Positions 8,488 to 18,273 of a stretch of 64,000 bases of DNA are shown piece after piece. This DNA comes from a virus: IMG/VR virus record IMGVR_UViG_3300027822_000297; one strand, given 5' to 3'. Below the pieces are notes generated by a model. It ran no database searches. It was not told the origin of the DNA and was given only the letters and a program-made list of their open reading frames with translations. Each line of letters opens with the position of its first letter. Position 1 is the stretch's first letter. The translations under genes were made by a program, and so were the position numbers.

Positions 8488-8648
8488 CTTTTCGAGAAGT
8501 AATAGAAAATAAAATTAAAAATAACCGTGGTAATGAAAAACAAGCAGCTATAGATATTTGTTTGTTTTTAAATAGCGAAAATAGCTTGCTTAAAATATCT
8601 TGGTTGGATGTTGATAAAGAATTGGCTAAGTTAATGGCGCGTAGGTAG
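8484..8648 (+). CDS. 54-aa hypothetical protein (paralog B)
   Basis: Own translation MTFREVIEN...AIDICLFLNSENSLLKISWLDVD...; ATGA overlap with paralog A. Confidence 0.6.
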   Translation: MTFREVIENKIKNNRGNEKQAAIDICLFLNSENSLLKISWLDVDKELAKLMARR

Positions 8649-8681
8649 TTATGAGTACTTTAATCTGATTAAGATTTATTA

Positions 8682-9041
8682 ATGTTTGAAGAAAAAAAAC
8701 ACCCACAAAGAACAGTGACTCAAAATGCTAGTTTGCATAAATATTGTACATTACTGTCTGACGGGATGAATGATGCAGGCTATGATCAACGCATGGTAAT
8801 AGAGCAATTTAAGGAAGGATTCAATATACCCTGGACAATGGAAAGCGTAAAACATATATTCAGAATAATAGCAAAAGCAATGTACGATTGTAAGTCAACG
8901 GCTGATCTTGATACCGTTCAAATTCAAGAGGTTTACCGTGTATTTGATGCGCGAATGAGTGAAATAACAGGTATAAGTATAGCGTGGCCGAGTAAGGATG
9001 CAATGATTGAAGAGGCAAGGAATGCTGAATTACCAAAATAG
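8682..9041 (+). CDS. NinB-like recombination accessory protein
   Basis: RT..QNASLH N-terminal motif and ST..L...Q...Y C-terminal motif. Confidence 0.65.
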   Translation: MFEEKKHPQRTVTQNASLHKYCTLLSDGMNDAGYDQRMVIEQFKEGFNIPWTMESVKHIFRIIAKAMYDCKSTADLDTVQIQEVYRVFDARMSEITGISIAWPSKDAMIEEARNAELPK

Positions 9042-9043
9042 AA

Positions 9044-9080
9044 ATAATAACTTGCGCAAATAGGCAAATTAAAGTAATAT
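9044..9080 (+). promoter_or_regulatory. Variant of the repeated promoter
   Basis: ATAATAACTTGCGC-17-TAATAT. Confidence 0.55.
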
Positions 9081-9108
9081 AGGTTCGTATTTAAGTAGGT
9101 TATTTAGT

Positions 9109-9825
9109 GTGAACTCAATAGTAGAAATAAAAAAAGATAAGGTTCTCGTATCTAGCAAAACAGTAGCAAAGTTATTTTGTGTTGAGCATAGAGCTGTTTG
9201 TAAATTAATATCAAAGTATATTGATAGGTTTATTTCAAAACTCGATGGCATTTTAAATGACGGCGAGTTTTTGACACCAAGTATAGGAAGAAAAAGTCAA
9301 GAATATTGGTTAAATCAAGATCAATTTATTTTTCTTGCTACATTAATGCGTAACTCAGATGTATCAGTAGCAGCTAAGGATGCAATAGTATCGGATTACT
9401 CAAGAGTTAGAAAGTTATTAGCTGAGCTTGTAGTTCGTAAAGGCGACCAAAAGTGGTTAGAAGCTAGGCAAACGGGAAAAATAACAAGAAAAGATGAAAC
9501 TGATGTTATAAAAAAATATATTGAATATGCGAAAAAGCAAGGCAGTAAATCTTATAATTGGTACTATGTTAGTTTAACCAAAATGCAAAACGCCGTATTA
9601 TTTAATATAGATGGTTCTTTTAAAAATATAAGAGAAATGTGTGATGAAAGGCAATTGATGGTTTTATCTGTTTGCGATGAAATAATAAAAAACACATTAT
9701 TGGAAGGCATGAAGTTAAATATGCCATATAAAGAAATATTTAAAAAATGTAAATTAAATATGATTTCTTTTGTTGAAATGCATGGTCGTTCAGATATCGT
9801 TTCTATGATTCAGTGCATAGAATAA
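9109..9825 (+). CDS. Rha-family phage regulatory protein
   Basis: VSSKTVAKLF..EHRAV..LI...Y.LN.DQFIFL..LM N-domain; R..GK..R..ETD.I C-domain. Confidence 0.8.
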   Translation: MNSIVEIKKDKVLVSSKTVAKLFCVEHRAVCKLISKYIDRFISKLDGILNDGEFLTPSIGRKSQEYWLNQDQFIFLATLMRNSDVSVAAKDAIVSDYSRVRKLLAELVVRKGDQKWLEARQTGKITRKDETDVIKKYIEYAKKQGSKSYNWYYVSLTKMQNAVLFNIDGSFKNIREMCDERQLMVLSVCDEIIKNTLLEGMKLNMPYKEIFKKCKLNMISFVEMHGRSDIVSMIQCIE

Positions 9826-10152
9826 ATGGCAAATTATAGAAATAGAGAATTACTAGATTTAGCTCATTATCATAATGAATGCATGTTTCAAATACCTGGT
9901 AGCTGTATAGGTTATTCAATGTTAGGATTAGAACCCGCTCATAGCAATGAGTTAAGGCATGGTAAGGGCACAGGAATAAAGTCTCACGACTACATGCACG
10001 TCATGGCTTGCCTTAATTGCCATCGGGAATATGATTCTGGAACTAGATTCAATAAACAAGAAAAGCAACGGTTATTTATTGAGGGATGGGAGCGGACTAT
10101 TAGCTTTTATTTCACAGAAGGTTTGATTGGATTAACTGAAGGTAATGAGTGA
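9826..10152 (+). CDS. Zn-binding nuclease-domain protein (DUF1364/HNH-like)
   Basis: YRN..LL.LA..C...IPG.C...AHSN..HGKG.GIK..D...ACLNCH. Confidence 0.75.
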   Translation: MANYRNRELLDLAHYHNECMFQIPGSCIGYSMLGLEPAHSNELRHGKGTGIKSHDYMHVMACLNCHREYDSGTRFNKQEKQRLFIEGWERTISFYFTEGLIGLTEGNE

Positions 10153-10198
10153 GTTAAAAAATTTGAAAATAGATAGTTTAATTAAACGAGGGATTTAT

Positions 10199-10798
10199 AT
10201 GAAAAAATTATTATTGTTATTTTTTATAAGCAGCGCAAATGTTTCGGCATCAGCAATTGATACCGCAGAAGAAGGTGTTAATGAATTAATGGCTCAAACG
10301 CTTATTGATGTTAGGTTTTTAGATAATGCGGAGGTTAAAAACAAAGATTACCAGGTTATAGATGATGAGGTAGAGTTATTTTCTTTATTTGAACCTTTTC
10401 AAAGTGATTCAATTGTCAATTTATTTTTTGTTGATGAAATAAACGCTTGTAGTGGTGAGTTTGCAGGGTTTACGGGTTGTTCAGTTAATAATTCAATAGC
10501 CGTTACTAATATCGGGCAGTTTCAGGCTGAATTAAATACGCATGAATTAGGTCACATTTTGTCATTAGATCATATAGATGAACCAAATAATATTATGAGG
10601 CTATTGGATTTTGGCAATACTTTATTTAATAATGATCAAATAGACGCAATGCTTAGCTCTGATTTTGTTCAAGTGGATTCTAATGGGTTTTTTGTTGAAG
10701 TAAAGCCGATATTAGTTTCAGCGATTCCATTGCCGCCATCAAGTATTATGTTTCTTAGTGGAATTGTCACGTTGTTAGTAAGAAGGATTAAAAAATGA
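10199..10798 (+). CDS. Secreted zinc metallopeptidase with VPLPA/PEP-CTERM anchor
   Basis: Start after AAACGAGGG; signal peptide; HELGHILSLDH zinc motif with NIM Met-turn; C-terminal AIPLPPSSIMFLSGIVTLLVRRIKK. Confidence 0.8.
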   Translation: MKKLLLLFFISSANVSASAIDTAEEGVNELMAQTLIDVRFLDNAEVKNKDYQVIDDEVELFSLFEPFQSDSIVNLFFVDEINACSGEFAGFTGCSVNNSIAVTNIGQFQAELNTHELGHILSLDHIDEPNNIMRLLDFGNTLFNNDQIDAMLSSDFVQVDSNGFFVEVKPILVSAIPLPPSSIMFLSGIVTLLVRRIKK

Positions 10799-11673
10799 GA
10801 AAATATTTTTATTCAATATTTACAGTATTAATTTTAATAAACCCAGTTTTAGCATCGAAACAATTGCCTGTGGAAGCGGAAGTAATTACACTTGCGCAAC
10901 GTGGTGACAAATCGGATGTGTTTTATCCTGTCAGTGATGATAGAAAATATCCCGTTATTGCTGTATTACAGGGCGCATTAGTTGACAAACAGTATTATAG
11001 TCAGCTCGGGGAAAGATTGGCGATTTATGGTTATATTGTGGTAATACCCAATCATTTCCAGTTTGGTAAATTATTTACTGATCAATTTGTTATTAATGAC
11101 GTATTAGCACAAATGGTAATTGAAGATAATAATAATGATTCTCCGTTATCAGGTAAAATAGATACGGAAAACATGGGTGTTATTGGGCATTCATCGGGCG
11201 GTGCAGCTGGATTGTTTGCATTAGAGGGTAGTTGTATACCTCCGTTCTGTTTTGGCTTTTACGACAGGCCAGAAGCATTAAAAATAGGTGCATTTTATGG
11301 AACAAACACATGTTTTATTGGCGGGGATGCGTCAAGTGAACACTGTGTTAGTTTTTCTAATCAAGGAGGAATGCAGTACGATGTCGATATAACTGATCCT
11401 GTTGTTTTTATTCAGGGAAGTAAGGATGGCGTATCGACACCAGGTGAAGGCAGATCAACTTATGAATTATTGGATGGTTTTAAGCGTTTTGTTAAAATAA
11501 ATGGCGCGAATCATTATGGAATAACCAATGTTAATAATCCAGAAGGAGCAAGTCCTGATTCGAGTGACCCAAAAGTTAGTCAGGAAAAGTCAATTAATCA
11601 AATTGCGAAAAAAATAAATCAAAATTTCAAGAAGTTTTTAAAAACATCGGTTGGGAAAAAAGAATGTGACTGA
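10795..11673 (+). CDS. Secreted alpha/beta hydrolase (chlorophyllase/cutinase-like)
   Basis: Signal peptide; GHSSGG nucleophile elbow, GSKDG (Asp), GANHYG (His). Confidence 0.8.
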   Translation: MRKYFYSIFTVLILINPVLASKQLPVEAEVITLAQRGDKSDVFYPVSDDRKYPVIAVLQGALVDKQYYSQLGERLAIYGYIVVIPNHFQFGKLFTDQFVINDVLAQMVIEDNNNDSPLSGKIDTENMGVIGHSSGGAAGLFALEGSCIPPFCFGFYDRPEALKIGAFYGTNTCFIGGDASSEHCVSFSNQGGMQYDVDITDPVVFIQGSKDGVSTPGEGRSTYELLDGFKRFVKINGANHYGITNVNNPEGASPDSSDPKVSQEKSINQIAKKINQNFKKFLKTSVGKKECD

Positions 11674-11850
11674 TTTAGCTATTAGGGTTAGATACAGGTT
11701 AAGGCATGAGCCATTGTATTGATACGCTTTACCGCAAAGACCTGCAAAAAATCCTAAAGCGGCGATGGTTGAAATTTCTTTTACAGGTCTTGTGGAGCTT
11801 TTATAGATGATTTTAGAAATCTCACCCATAAATCCAGGCGGGAAGTTAAA
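11671..11850 (-). pseudogene. N-terminal remnant of a DUF3987-like primase/helicase gene
   Basis: FNFPPGFMGEISKIIYKSSTRPVKEISTIAALGFFAGLCGKAY...LNLYLTLIAKS, breaking off just before the expected Walker A. Confidence 0.6.
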
Positions 11851-12337
11851 TATTTCGTTTTCTATTTAATGATTTCTTCCATGTTTTTAAATGTGGTGTA
11901 ATGTCTTCACGTACCCAAACCCAATATTTAGTAACAGGAATTTGAAAGCCATTGGGTAATTCACCACCTTCACGCTTAAGAAAAACATTGGTGCGTGTTG
12001 TTTTTAATTTCTTGCATATTTCAGGAACAAGGATGTATTTTTCATTAAAATCCTTTAAAAAAACATCGCCTTTATATATTTTTTCTTTTTCAGGGTTATT
12101 AATATACAACAATGCATCATCACGATCCCAGAGATAATAGGCGCTGCCAATTTTAATCCGATTAGGTACTATTCTATTTTTCTTTCTAAGTAAGTAGTGC
12201 AATTTATTTCTAGCTAAAGTCATTCTATTGTCTTGTCTAAAATGATCATTATCAAAAATTAAAGTTTCCAGTTCTGCACTGGTTATATATTTATCGTTAA
12301 ATTCTTTTAAAAATTTGTCGCTTTTTGTGTTATTCAA
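11846..12337 (-). CDS. Tandem AlpA/excisionase-like winged-helix protein
   Basis: Internal duplication FLKEFNDKYI...W.RDD / FLKDFNEKYI...W.RED. Confidence 0.55.
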   Translation of the reverse strand: MNNTKSDKFLKEFNDKYITSAELETLIFDNDHFRQDNRMTLARNKLHYLLRKKNRIVPNRIKIGSAYYLWDRDDALLYINNPEKEKIYKGDVFLKDFNEKYILVPEICKKLKTTRTNVFLKREGGELPNGFQIPVTKYWVWVREDITPHLKTWKKSLNRKRNI

Positions 12338-12420
12338 CTAAATAAATCCTGTAAAAAGTATAAGTAATATGTTATCATAACATAACTTGCATTGTTAAAT
12401 AAACATATAAAGGCAAATAG

Positions 12421-12627
12421 ATGAAAATAGAAGGTAAGGAATTAAGTAAAGAGGAAAATTATTTGGATCTGGTTACTTACGTACCGCATCATGCAAAAGG
12501 TGACTTATCGCATCCTGACTGCGAGCAAGGAGTTATTATTTCATTTAATGATACTGGCGTAAGTGTACTCTATGTGAGCAGCAGGTCAGTTCAAATGACT
12601 GATCCTACGGATTTGGTTTTTGGGTGA
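12421..12627 (+). CDS. Hypothetical phage protein
   Basis: 68-aa ORF after an ATAACTTGCAT motif. Confidence 0.55.
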   Translation: MKIEGKELSKEENYLDLVTYVPHHAKGDLSHPDCEQGVIISFNDTGVSVLYVSSRSVQMTDPTDLVFG

Positions 12628-13040
12628 TGAAGAATAATTTAAGCCAAGCGCAAGTATTTACTCCGCATTGGGTGACAAATAATATGTTAAACATGCTTGA
12701 TCAGGATGATTTTGCAAAAGAAGATACACTTTATTTTGAACCAACGTGCGGTAATGGGGAAATGCTAATTGTAATTATTGAGCGTATTTATAGTAAGTTG
12801 TTGGATAAATATAAAGACAATAAAGAAAAAGCGCTTGCTGATTGCCTTTTTAAGTTTTATGCGGTTGAGTTGGACGAAAAATTGGTTGTTGAAGCTCGAA
12901 TGAAGATTTTTAATTTTTTCGCTACTGAGATTAATAAAGATGTTGATCTTCTTATGCTTTGCCAAATAATTATATCTAGGTGCATAGCTGAAAAAATAGA
13001 ATGCAAGAATTTTTTTGATTTATTTAGAGAAACTAAATAA
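12624..13040 (+). CDS. Truncated amino-DNA-methyltransferase-like protein (SAM-binding half only)
   Basis: QVFTP motif X and FEPTCGNG motif I; no NPPY/DPPY motif IV. Confidence 0.7.
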   Translation: MMKNNLSQAQVFTPHWVTNNMLNMLDQDDFAKEDTLYFEPTCGNGEMLIVIIERIYSKLLDKYKDNKEKALADCLFKFYAVELDEKLVVEARMKIFNFFATEINKDVDLLMLCQIIISRCIAEKIECKNFFDLFRETK

Positions 13041-13042
13041 TA

Positions 13043-13288
13043 ATGCGTAAATTTAAGGACAAGACAGGTGAAAGGCATGGATTACTGATTGTATTAAAGT
13101 ATTTAAGGCGAGATCATTATAAAGGGATTATTTATTATTGTAAGTGTGACTGTGGCAATGAAAAAGAAATCAGTGCTGTGCAATTGAGGGAAAATGGTGG
13201 AACTAGGTCATGTGGTTGCATGAAAAGGAAACTTGATATTGAAAAGGCTAAAAAAATAAGTAGATGGCATAAAAATGTTGAATTATGA
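13043..13288 (+). CDS. Solo zinc-ribbon domain of the type found in HNH/AP2 homing endonucleases
   Basis: TGERHGLLIV...YCKCDCGN...L...TRSCGC; no nuclease domain. Confidence 0.7.
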   Translation: MRKFKDKTGERHGLLIVLKYLRRDHYKGIIYYCKCDCGNEKEISAVQLRENGGTRSCGCMKRKLDIEKAKKISRWHKNVEL

Positions 13289-13313
13289 ATAAAGAAATAA
13301 AAATTTTAGTTCG

Positions 13314-13505
13314 ATGAGCAAAGATATTCAAGATATAGAAAAAGCATGTGTTAAGTTTAAGAATGCTTTTATTTCCATTGGTGAGGCTTCCCTGGCATTT
13401 CAAAAAGCTTCAGAGTTACTTAGTAAGCATCAATTAACGATAGGCCAAGCAAATAATAAGTTGAGTAACAAAAAAACTTATTACAGGGAAAAGGAAAGAT
13501 ATTAA
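13314..13505 (+). CDS. Hypothetical protein
   Basis: 63-aa helical ORF. Confidence 0.5.
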   Translation: MSKDIQDIEKACVKFKNAFISIGEASLAFQKASELLSKHQLTIGQANNKLSNKKTYYREKERY

Positions 13506-13875
13506 TTATGAGCAAAAGTATAGATCAAATGATTTTGTCTGAATTAGAGGAAGAGTTAAAGGATTTAAGCCGAACACAGTTGATATTGATGATACAGTCT
13601 CGGGAGCAAAGAATCCTTAATATGACTGAGTGTATGAAAACTTTTGTTAGAATGGTTGACGAATTAAATATGAATGAGGATTAATTAATTAATTAGGTGT
13701 TTTTTTTTAAGAAAATGGAAAGTCTATTTTTACATGCTTATATTTAAAAAATTAAACGCTGCTCAATTAGAATAATTTTAATAAATAATCAATTTATACC
13801 CCATAAAGTCTAATAGAAAAAATAAATATTACAAGATTTAAAATCTAGTTCACGTTTTAAGAAAGAAGGCGAAAT

Positions 13876-13908
13876 ATAACTTGCATTTATCTAAAATAGA
13901 CTTATAAT
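13876..13908 (+). promoter_or_regulatory. Repeated phage promoter, copy 3
   Basis: ATAACTTGCATTTAT; TTGCAT-16-TATAAT. Confidence 0.75.
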
Positions 13909-13940
13909 AAGTACATACTTTAAATAAACGGAGAAAAGAA

Positions 13941-15204
13941 ATGAAACAGCTAAAAAAATTAACAAACATTGATATTAAAGAACAAATGATGATAATGTCT
14001 TCAAAAACCTTAAATAAGGAAGAGGGTGTTGTTTATCGGTGGCTTTTTGATGAGTTAGATGGCAGATTAACTGACGATGACTTTGATTATTTTTTAGATC
14101 AATTAGATGCAGTTCAAGTTAAGAGCGCATAGAAAATGAACGAATCAGATATTATTCAACTCCTAAAAATATTTTTACCAGCAGCTATTTATTTTGCTGG
14201 TAGCGCAATTGCTAAGTCTGGATTCATTACAGATAAAAAACAGCAGCAGCTTACAGTTGATCGAAGAACAAGTAAAATAGATAAAATGTTTGATGGCTTG
14301 GATAGACGCGCATGAATGAGATTCGAATTAAAGCAATATGTAAAGATGGAACGATTTGGTTTTGTCCTGACTCAAAAGTTATTATGGATTTTGAGGTAAA
14401 TAATAAAAGCAATAGGCACGCATTAGCTTCAATGATTAATGAAATGGGATTGCAAAAATATCCATTAGCCAGTAATGATGAAAACCCGCGTTTAGATACA
14501 AGAATAACTGAGGATGATTTATTGGTTTGGGTTAATGAAGATATGGTTATTATTGAATCAGAAAGCTCTGATTACGAGAAAGGCGATACGATAGAAGAAT
14601 TTGAGCTTGAAGATTACAATAATTACACAATTTAATGGAAACTGACATTAAGGCTCAAACTAGAACACGGTTTCTTCACTGGATTTTAGCTAAAGAACAA
14701 AGCACAGTATTTAAGTTTGATTCAGCATCTTATATAGGGCATATTCAAAATGTTGTTAGTGATATATTCCATAACATTGATGAATTTATTCATTCAGTTC
14801 GCCGAATGATGGTATTAAAAAACATTTGCGAAGAAGATGCAAAACAGCAGGTTTTTAAAGAATATTTGGATATTTAACAAATGACGTATAACGAAAAATT
14901 AAAGCAAGATAGGGCTCATAAAAAAGCACGTGGTATAAAACGTAAGGAATTTGAATTAACAGAAGAAGAGCATAAGTTTGTTAAAGAATTTATTGCTTCG
15001 ATGAGATCGGGTAGAAATCAGAATGCATCAATTCAAAACATACTGCAAAGAAAGTATACAAACCTTCGTACAGGCCAAAGTAAAAAAATATTTAAAATAG
15101 AAAGAAGCTACAAGAACGTAGAGGGCGGTGCCATTGTAGAATTTGAGGATACTTTGCGTGTTAGCGCGGCTAATTTTGAGGAAAATTGGGAAGTGGCTAG
15201 CTAA
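13941..15204 (+). other. Operon of small hypothetical ORFs (13941-14132, 14312-14635, 14635-14877, 14881-15204)
   Basis: Tightly packed ORFs behind promoter copy 3; no recognisable domains. Confidence 0.6.
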
Positions 15205-15243
15205 AGTGTGAATAGTTTTGCACTAATGGGTAAAGATGTAAAT

Positions 15244-15278
15244 AAATAACTTGCATTTATGTCAAAGAAGCCTATAAT
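15244..15278 (+). promoter_or_regulatory. Repeated phage promoter, copy 4
   Basis: AAATAACTTGCATTTAT; TTGCAT-16-TATAAT. Confidence 0.75.
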
Positions 15279-15424
15279 TATAATTAGAAATTAACCAAAC
15301 GAGGCGCATAAAATGAATATAGTAATTGAATACCAAAAACTCTGGAACGCATACAATAACGGCATGATGTTCTATTCAGAATACTCTTACAGAGTTGAGC
15401 TTTTAATTAAAAAAGGTTAAGGCA

Positions 15425-16005
15425 ATGAACGAGACTATATTAAATGCGCAAGACGCGGGTGAAATGGCCATTGATGACTTAATATCCTTGCAAATACAAA
15501 TTTTGGATTTAAAGTTAAGATATAAAAAAGCTGTTAGTAAAATAGATCGATCTAATTACGCTATAAAGATTAATAATCTTCGTAGACAGATTGAAACTAT
15601 GACTACTTGGAAAGATTCTTTAAACGGGGTGAGTGATGCAGGGTAAAGCGATTATGCAGTTGGCGGCAGCAATAAAAGGCATAGGAGAAGATTTACACCT
15701 TGGACTTGTATTATTAGCGTTGAGTTTATCAGATACTTTTATTGTTCAATATTTACTTGGAGTTTATTTTTGTATAGCATTTTACCTTATGGCAACTAGC
15801 AATACTAAAGATAAGAACGAAAATGAAAAATAAAAACTTTAAAATGATCGTGGATTTAATGCAGGATGAGAATAATCCTTTTATGAGTTCAAAGCAAGTA
15901 AAGAAACCTGAGCCGGTTGTTAAAAAGGTTGCGGAGATAGAGGAATATCCAGAAGATATGAAGGTAGAATATGAGGATGTTATGCCCTCATATTGGATAA
16001 GATGA
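15425..16005 (+). other. Small hypothetical ORFs (15425-15646, 15633-15833 membrane, 15823-16005)
   Basis: Overlapping short ORFs behind promoter copy 4. Confidence 0.55.
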
Positions 16006-16118
16006 TAAATAATAGAGGAAGTAATATGAATAAAAAAATAGATATAGATATAGATAAAGAAAAGTTGGCTAGTCAAGCTTATTATTGGCCTAATACTGTC
16101 AATACTCCTTAATAATGA

Positions 16119-16517
16119 ATGATAGAACAAAAAATATCAATAAAACCACTTTCTGTTAATGATGCTTGGAAAGGTCGAAGGTTTAAAACAGAAGAATATA
16201 GCTGGTATGAAACTGAACTTATGTTTTTACTTTCTAATTCAAATGAGTTTAGGACTTTAAAGAAAGGAGAAAAGCTGGCTGTAGAATTGAATTTTGGTTT
16301 TAGTAGTCACTCATCAGACTGGGATAATAGCATTAAGCAGTTCATGGATGTTATTTCAAAAAAATATGGTTTTAATGATAATAGAATATTTAAAGGTGTA
16401 ATTGAAAAGGAAATAGTAAGAAAAGGAAGTGAATATGTTAGCTTTAAGGTGTACAGATATGATCCTAATAGTAAGCAAGAACCAATTTGTTATGGTGTTA
16501 GAAGGAGTGATAAATAA
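16119..16517 (+). CDS. rusA: RusA-family Holliday junction resolvase
   Basis: KPLSVN..W.GRRFKT..Y and SDWDN.IK..D......NDN.I catalytic Asp pattern. Confidence 0.85.
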   Translation: MIEQKISIKPLSVNDAWKGRRFKTEEYSWYETELMFLLSNSNEFRTLKKGEKLAVELNFGFSSHSSDWDNSIKQFMDVISKKYGFNDNRIFKGVIEKEIVRKGSEYVSFKVYRYDPNSKQEPICYGVRRSDK

Positions 16518-16540
16518 AAAATATAATATAAGGTTTAGAT

Positions 16541-16744
16541 ATGGCAGAAAGACCAGTAGTTAGAAAACTACTTTTAAGAGATATTGAAAAGGGATTAAAG
16601 GCATTGGGTTGGTTAATAGAAGATGATAGGCATAAAAGATTTATTGATGATTCTGCTTTAAAGGTTTTGTTTTTTGAATTAGAAAACGCTAAAAAGGAAG
16701 TAGATAAAGAAATTGAGCTTGAACAAGGAAAGATGAATGATTAA
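16541..16744 (+). CDS. Hypothetical protein
   Basis: 67-aa ORF. Confidence 0.5.
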   Translation: MAERPVVRKLLLRDIEKGLKALGWLIEDDRHKRFIDDSALKVLFFELENAKKEVDKEIELEQGKMND

Positions 16745-17385
16745 TTATCTTTTTCATCAATAACAATAATCTCAACAGGCTTGCTATTTTCATCAGGAAT
16801 TTTAATTACTTCGGTTGGTTCTATGTTAATCGGTTCTTTGATGTTTTCAGGGGCAGGTATAACCTCAACAGAAATTGTTTTAGCTGTGTTTGGATCAAGT
16901 GTAGATTTTTCTATACTGCCATCTTTTAAAACCTTAGATCGGACAACATCTTTATTTTCATTTATTTCGTTAATAACAATAACAGGTGCAGCTGACATTT
17001 CTTTTATATCTATCGTGTGCTCATTAGCATGAGCTGAGGATAGTAAGGTAAATTGTGTGAAAGACAGATCAATTTCTTCAAAAGCGAACCATTGAGCAGA
17101 TCGTCCGTAATCGATGAATATATCTCCATTACGGTAAATATCTACTGTAATAGGAACTTTTCTTTTTTGGATTTCTACTATTATCTGTTTTGAATGGATT
17201 GGGCTTTCTTTCCAATGATCTTTAAATAAAAGACTATTTATTTTTTCTTTTTCACCTATTGGTAAATCATTCCAAGAAACCCATATATCTTTACCTGCGT
17301 TAAGAACTGAAGGGACAACGACTAAAAAACCAACTAGCCCAGTTAATTTTCTACCCCAGTTATGGAAAAATCCATCTGATTTCAT
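16741..17385 (-). CDS. Membrane-anchored hypothetical protein (moron)
   Basis: Single N-terminal TM segment (LTGLVGFLVVVPSVL); opposite strand to its neighbours. Confidence 0.7.
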   Translation of the reverse strand: MKSDGFFHNWGRKLTGLVGFLVVVPSVLNAGKDIWVSWNDLPIGEKEKINSLLFKDHWKESPIHSKQIIVEIQKRKVPITVDIYRNGDIFIDYGRSAQWFAFEEIDLSFTQFTLLSSAHANEHTIDIKEMSAAPVIVINEINENKDVVRSKVLKDGSIEKSTLDPNTAKTISVEVIPAPENIKEPINIEPTEVIKIPDENSKPVEIIVIDEKDN

Positions 17386-17534
17386 TATTTGCCTTCATTT
17401 AGTTCAATTGTTTCTTTAATTATAGGCGTTTCTATTTCAACTGGTAGACTATCTGTTAATTCAGTTTTTATGGGCATTAAAGGTTTGTCTATGTAGCAGC
17501 TTGAGGTTAGCATACAGAAAAGTATTATATTCAT
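17385..17534 (-). CDS. 49-aa putative lipoprotein (moron)
   Basis: Own translation MNIILFCMLTSSCYIDKPLMP...; lipobox-like LTSSC; TAATG coupling to the next gene. Confidence 0.55.
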   Translation of the reverse strand: MNIILFCMLTSSCYIDKPLMPIKTELTDSLPVEIETPIIKETIELNEGK

Positions 17535-17634
17535 TTCTTAAGCCTTTATATTATGTAAGTTAATGATAACTATAGTATAATGAATAGATTAATATTTATA
17601 TTAAATACGATAATTGAGATTAAATCACAAAAAC

Positions 17635-18273
17635 ATGATAGAAAATAAAGAAATATTTATTGAGTACTTAATATCTAGTGAACTGATACCAGATGAAAAT
17701 AATAATCGCACACATACAAGAGAGCAAATAGAATCAATAAAATCTAGTATTAAAGAGTTTGGATTTACGAATCCAATTCTTGTAGATGAAAATAAAGAAA
17801 TAATAGCAGGTCATGCAAGGTATGAAGCATCACAAGGTTTAGGATATGAAACTGTTCCCTGTGTAACTTTATCAGGATTAACAGAAGTTCAAAAAAGAGC
17901 TTATGTTATTGCAGACAATCAATTAGCTATAAACGGAAGTGATTGGGATTTAGATAAATTAAGGCAAGAAATACAGTATTTAGATGACGTTGGGTTTGAT
18001 ACTGATTTACTTGGGTTTGAAGATGAAGCTATGCTGGATTTATTAAATAATGTAGATGGTGTCGATTTACCTATTTTAGCTGATGGAGATAAAGAGCCAT
18101 TTCAACAAATAACCTTTACATTACACGATGAACAACATGAAATTATAGTCAATGCTTTAACTCTTAGTAGAACTAACCCGTTAGTTGATACAGGAATGAA
18201 TGATAATAGTAATGGGAATGCCATTACTTTAATATGCAACCAATGGTTAGAGGCGAAACATGCCAACAGCTAA
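17635..18273 (+). CDS. ParB/Sulfiredoxin-domain protein associated with DNA modification
   Basis: SIKEFGFTNPILVD...IIAGHARY; paralogous to the N-terminus of 29474-30739; start placed at ATG 17635. Confidence 0.85.
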   Translation: MIENKEIFIEYLISSELIPDENNNRTHTREQIESIKSSIKEFGFTNPILVDENKEIIAGHARYEASQGLGYETVPCVTLSGLTEVQKRAYVIADNQLAINGSDWDLDKLRQEIQYLDDVGFDTDLLGFEDEAMLDLLNNVDGVDLPILADGDKEPFQQITFTLHDEQHEIIVNALTLSRTNPLVDTGMNDNSNGNAITLICNQWLEAKHANS

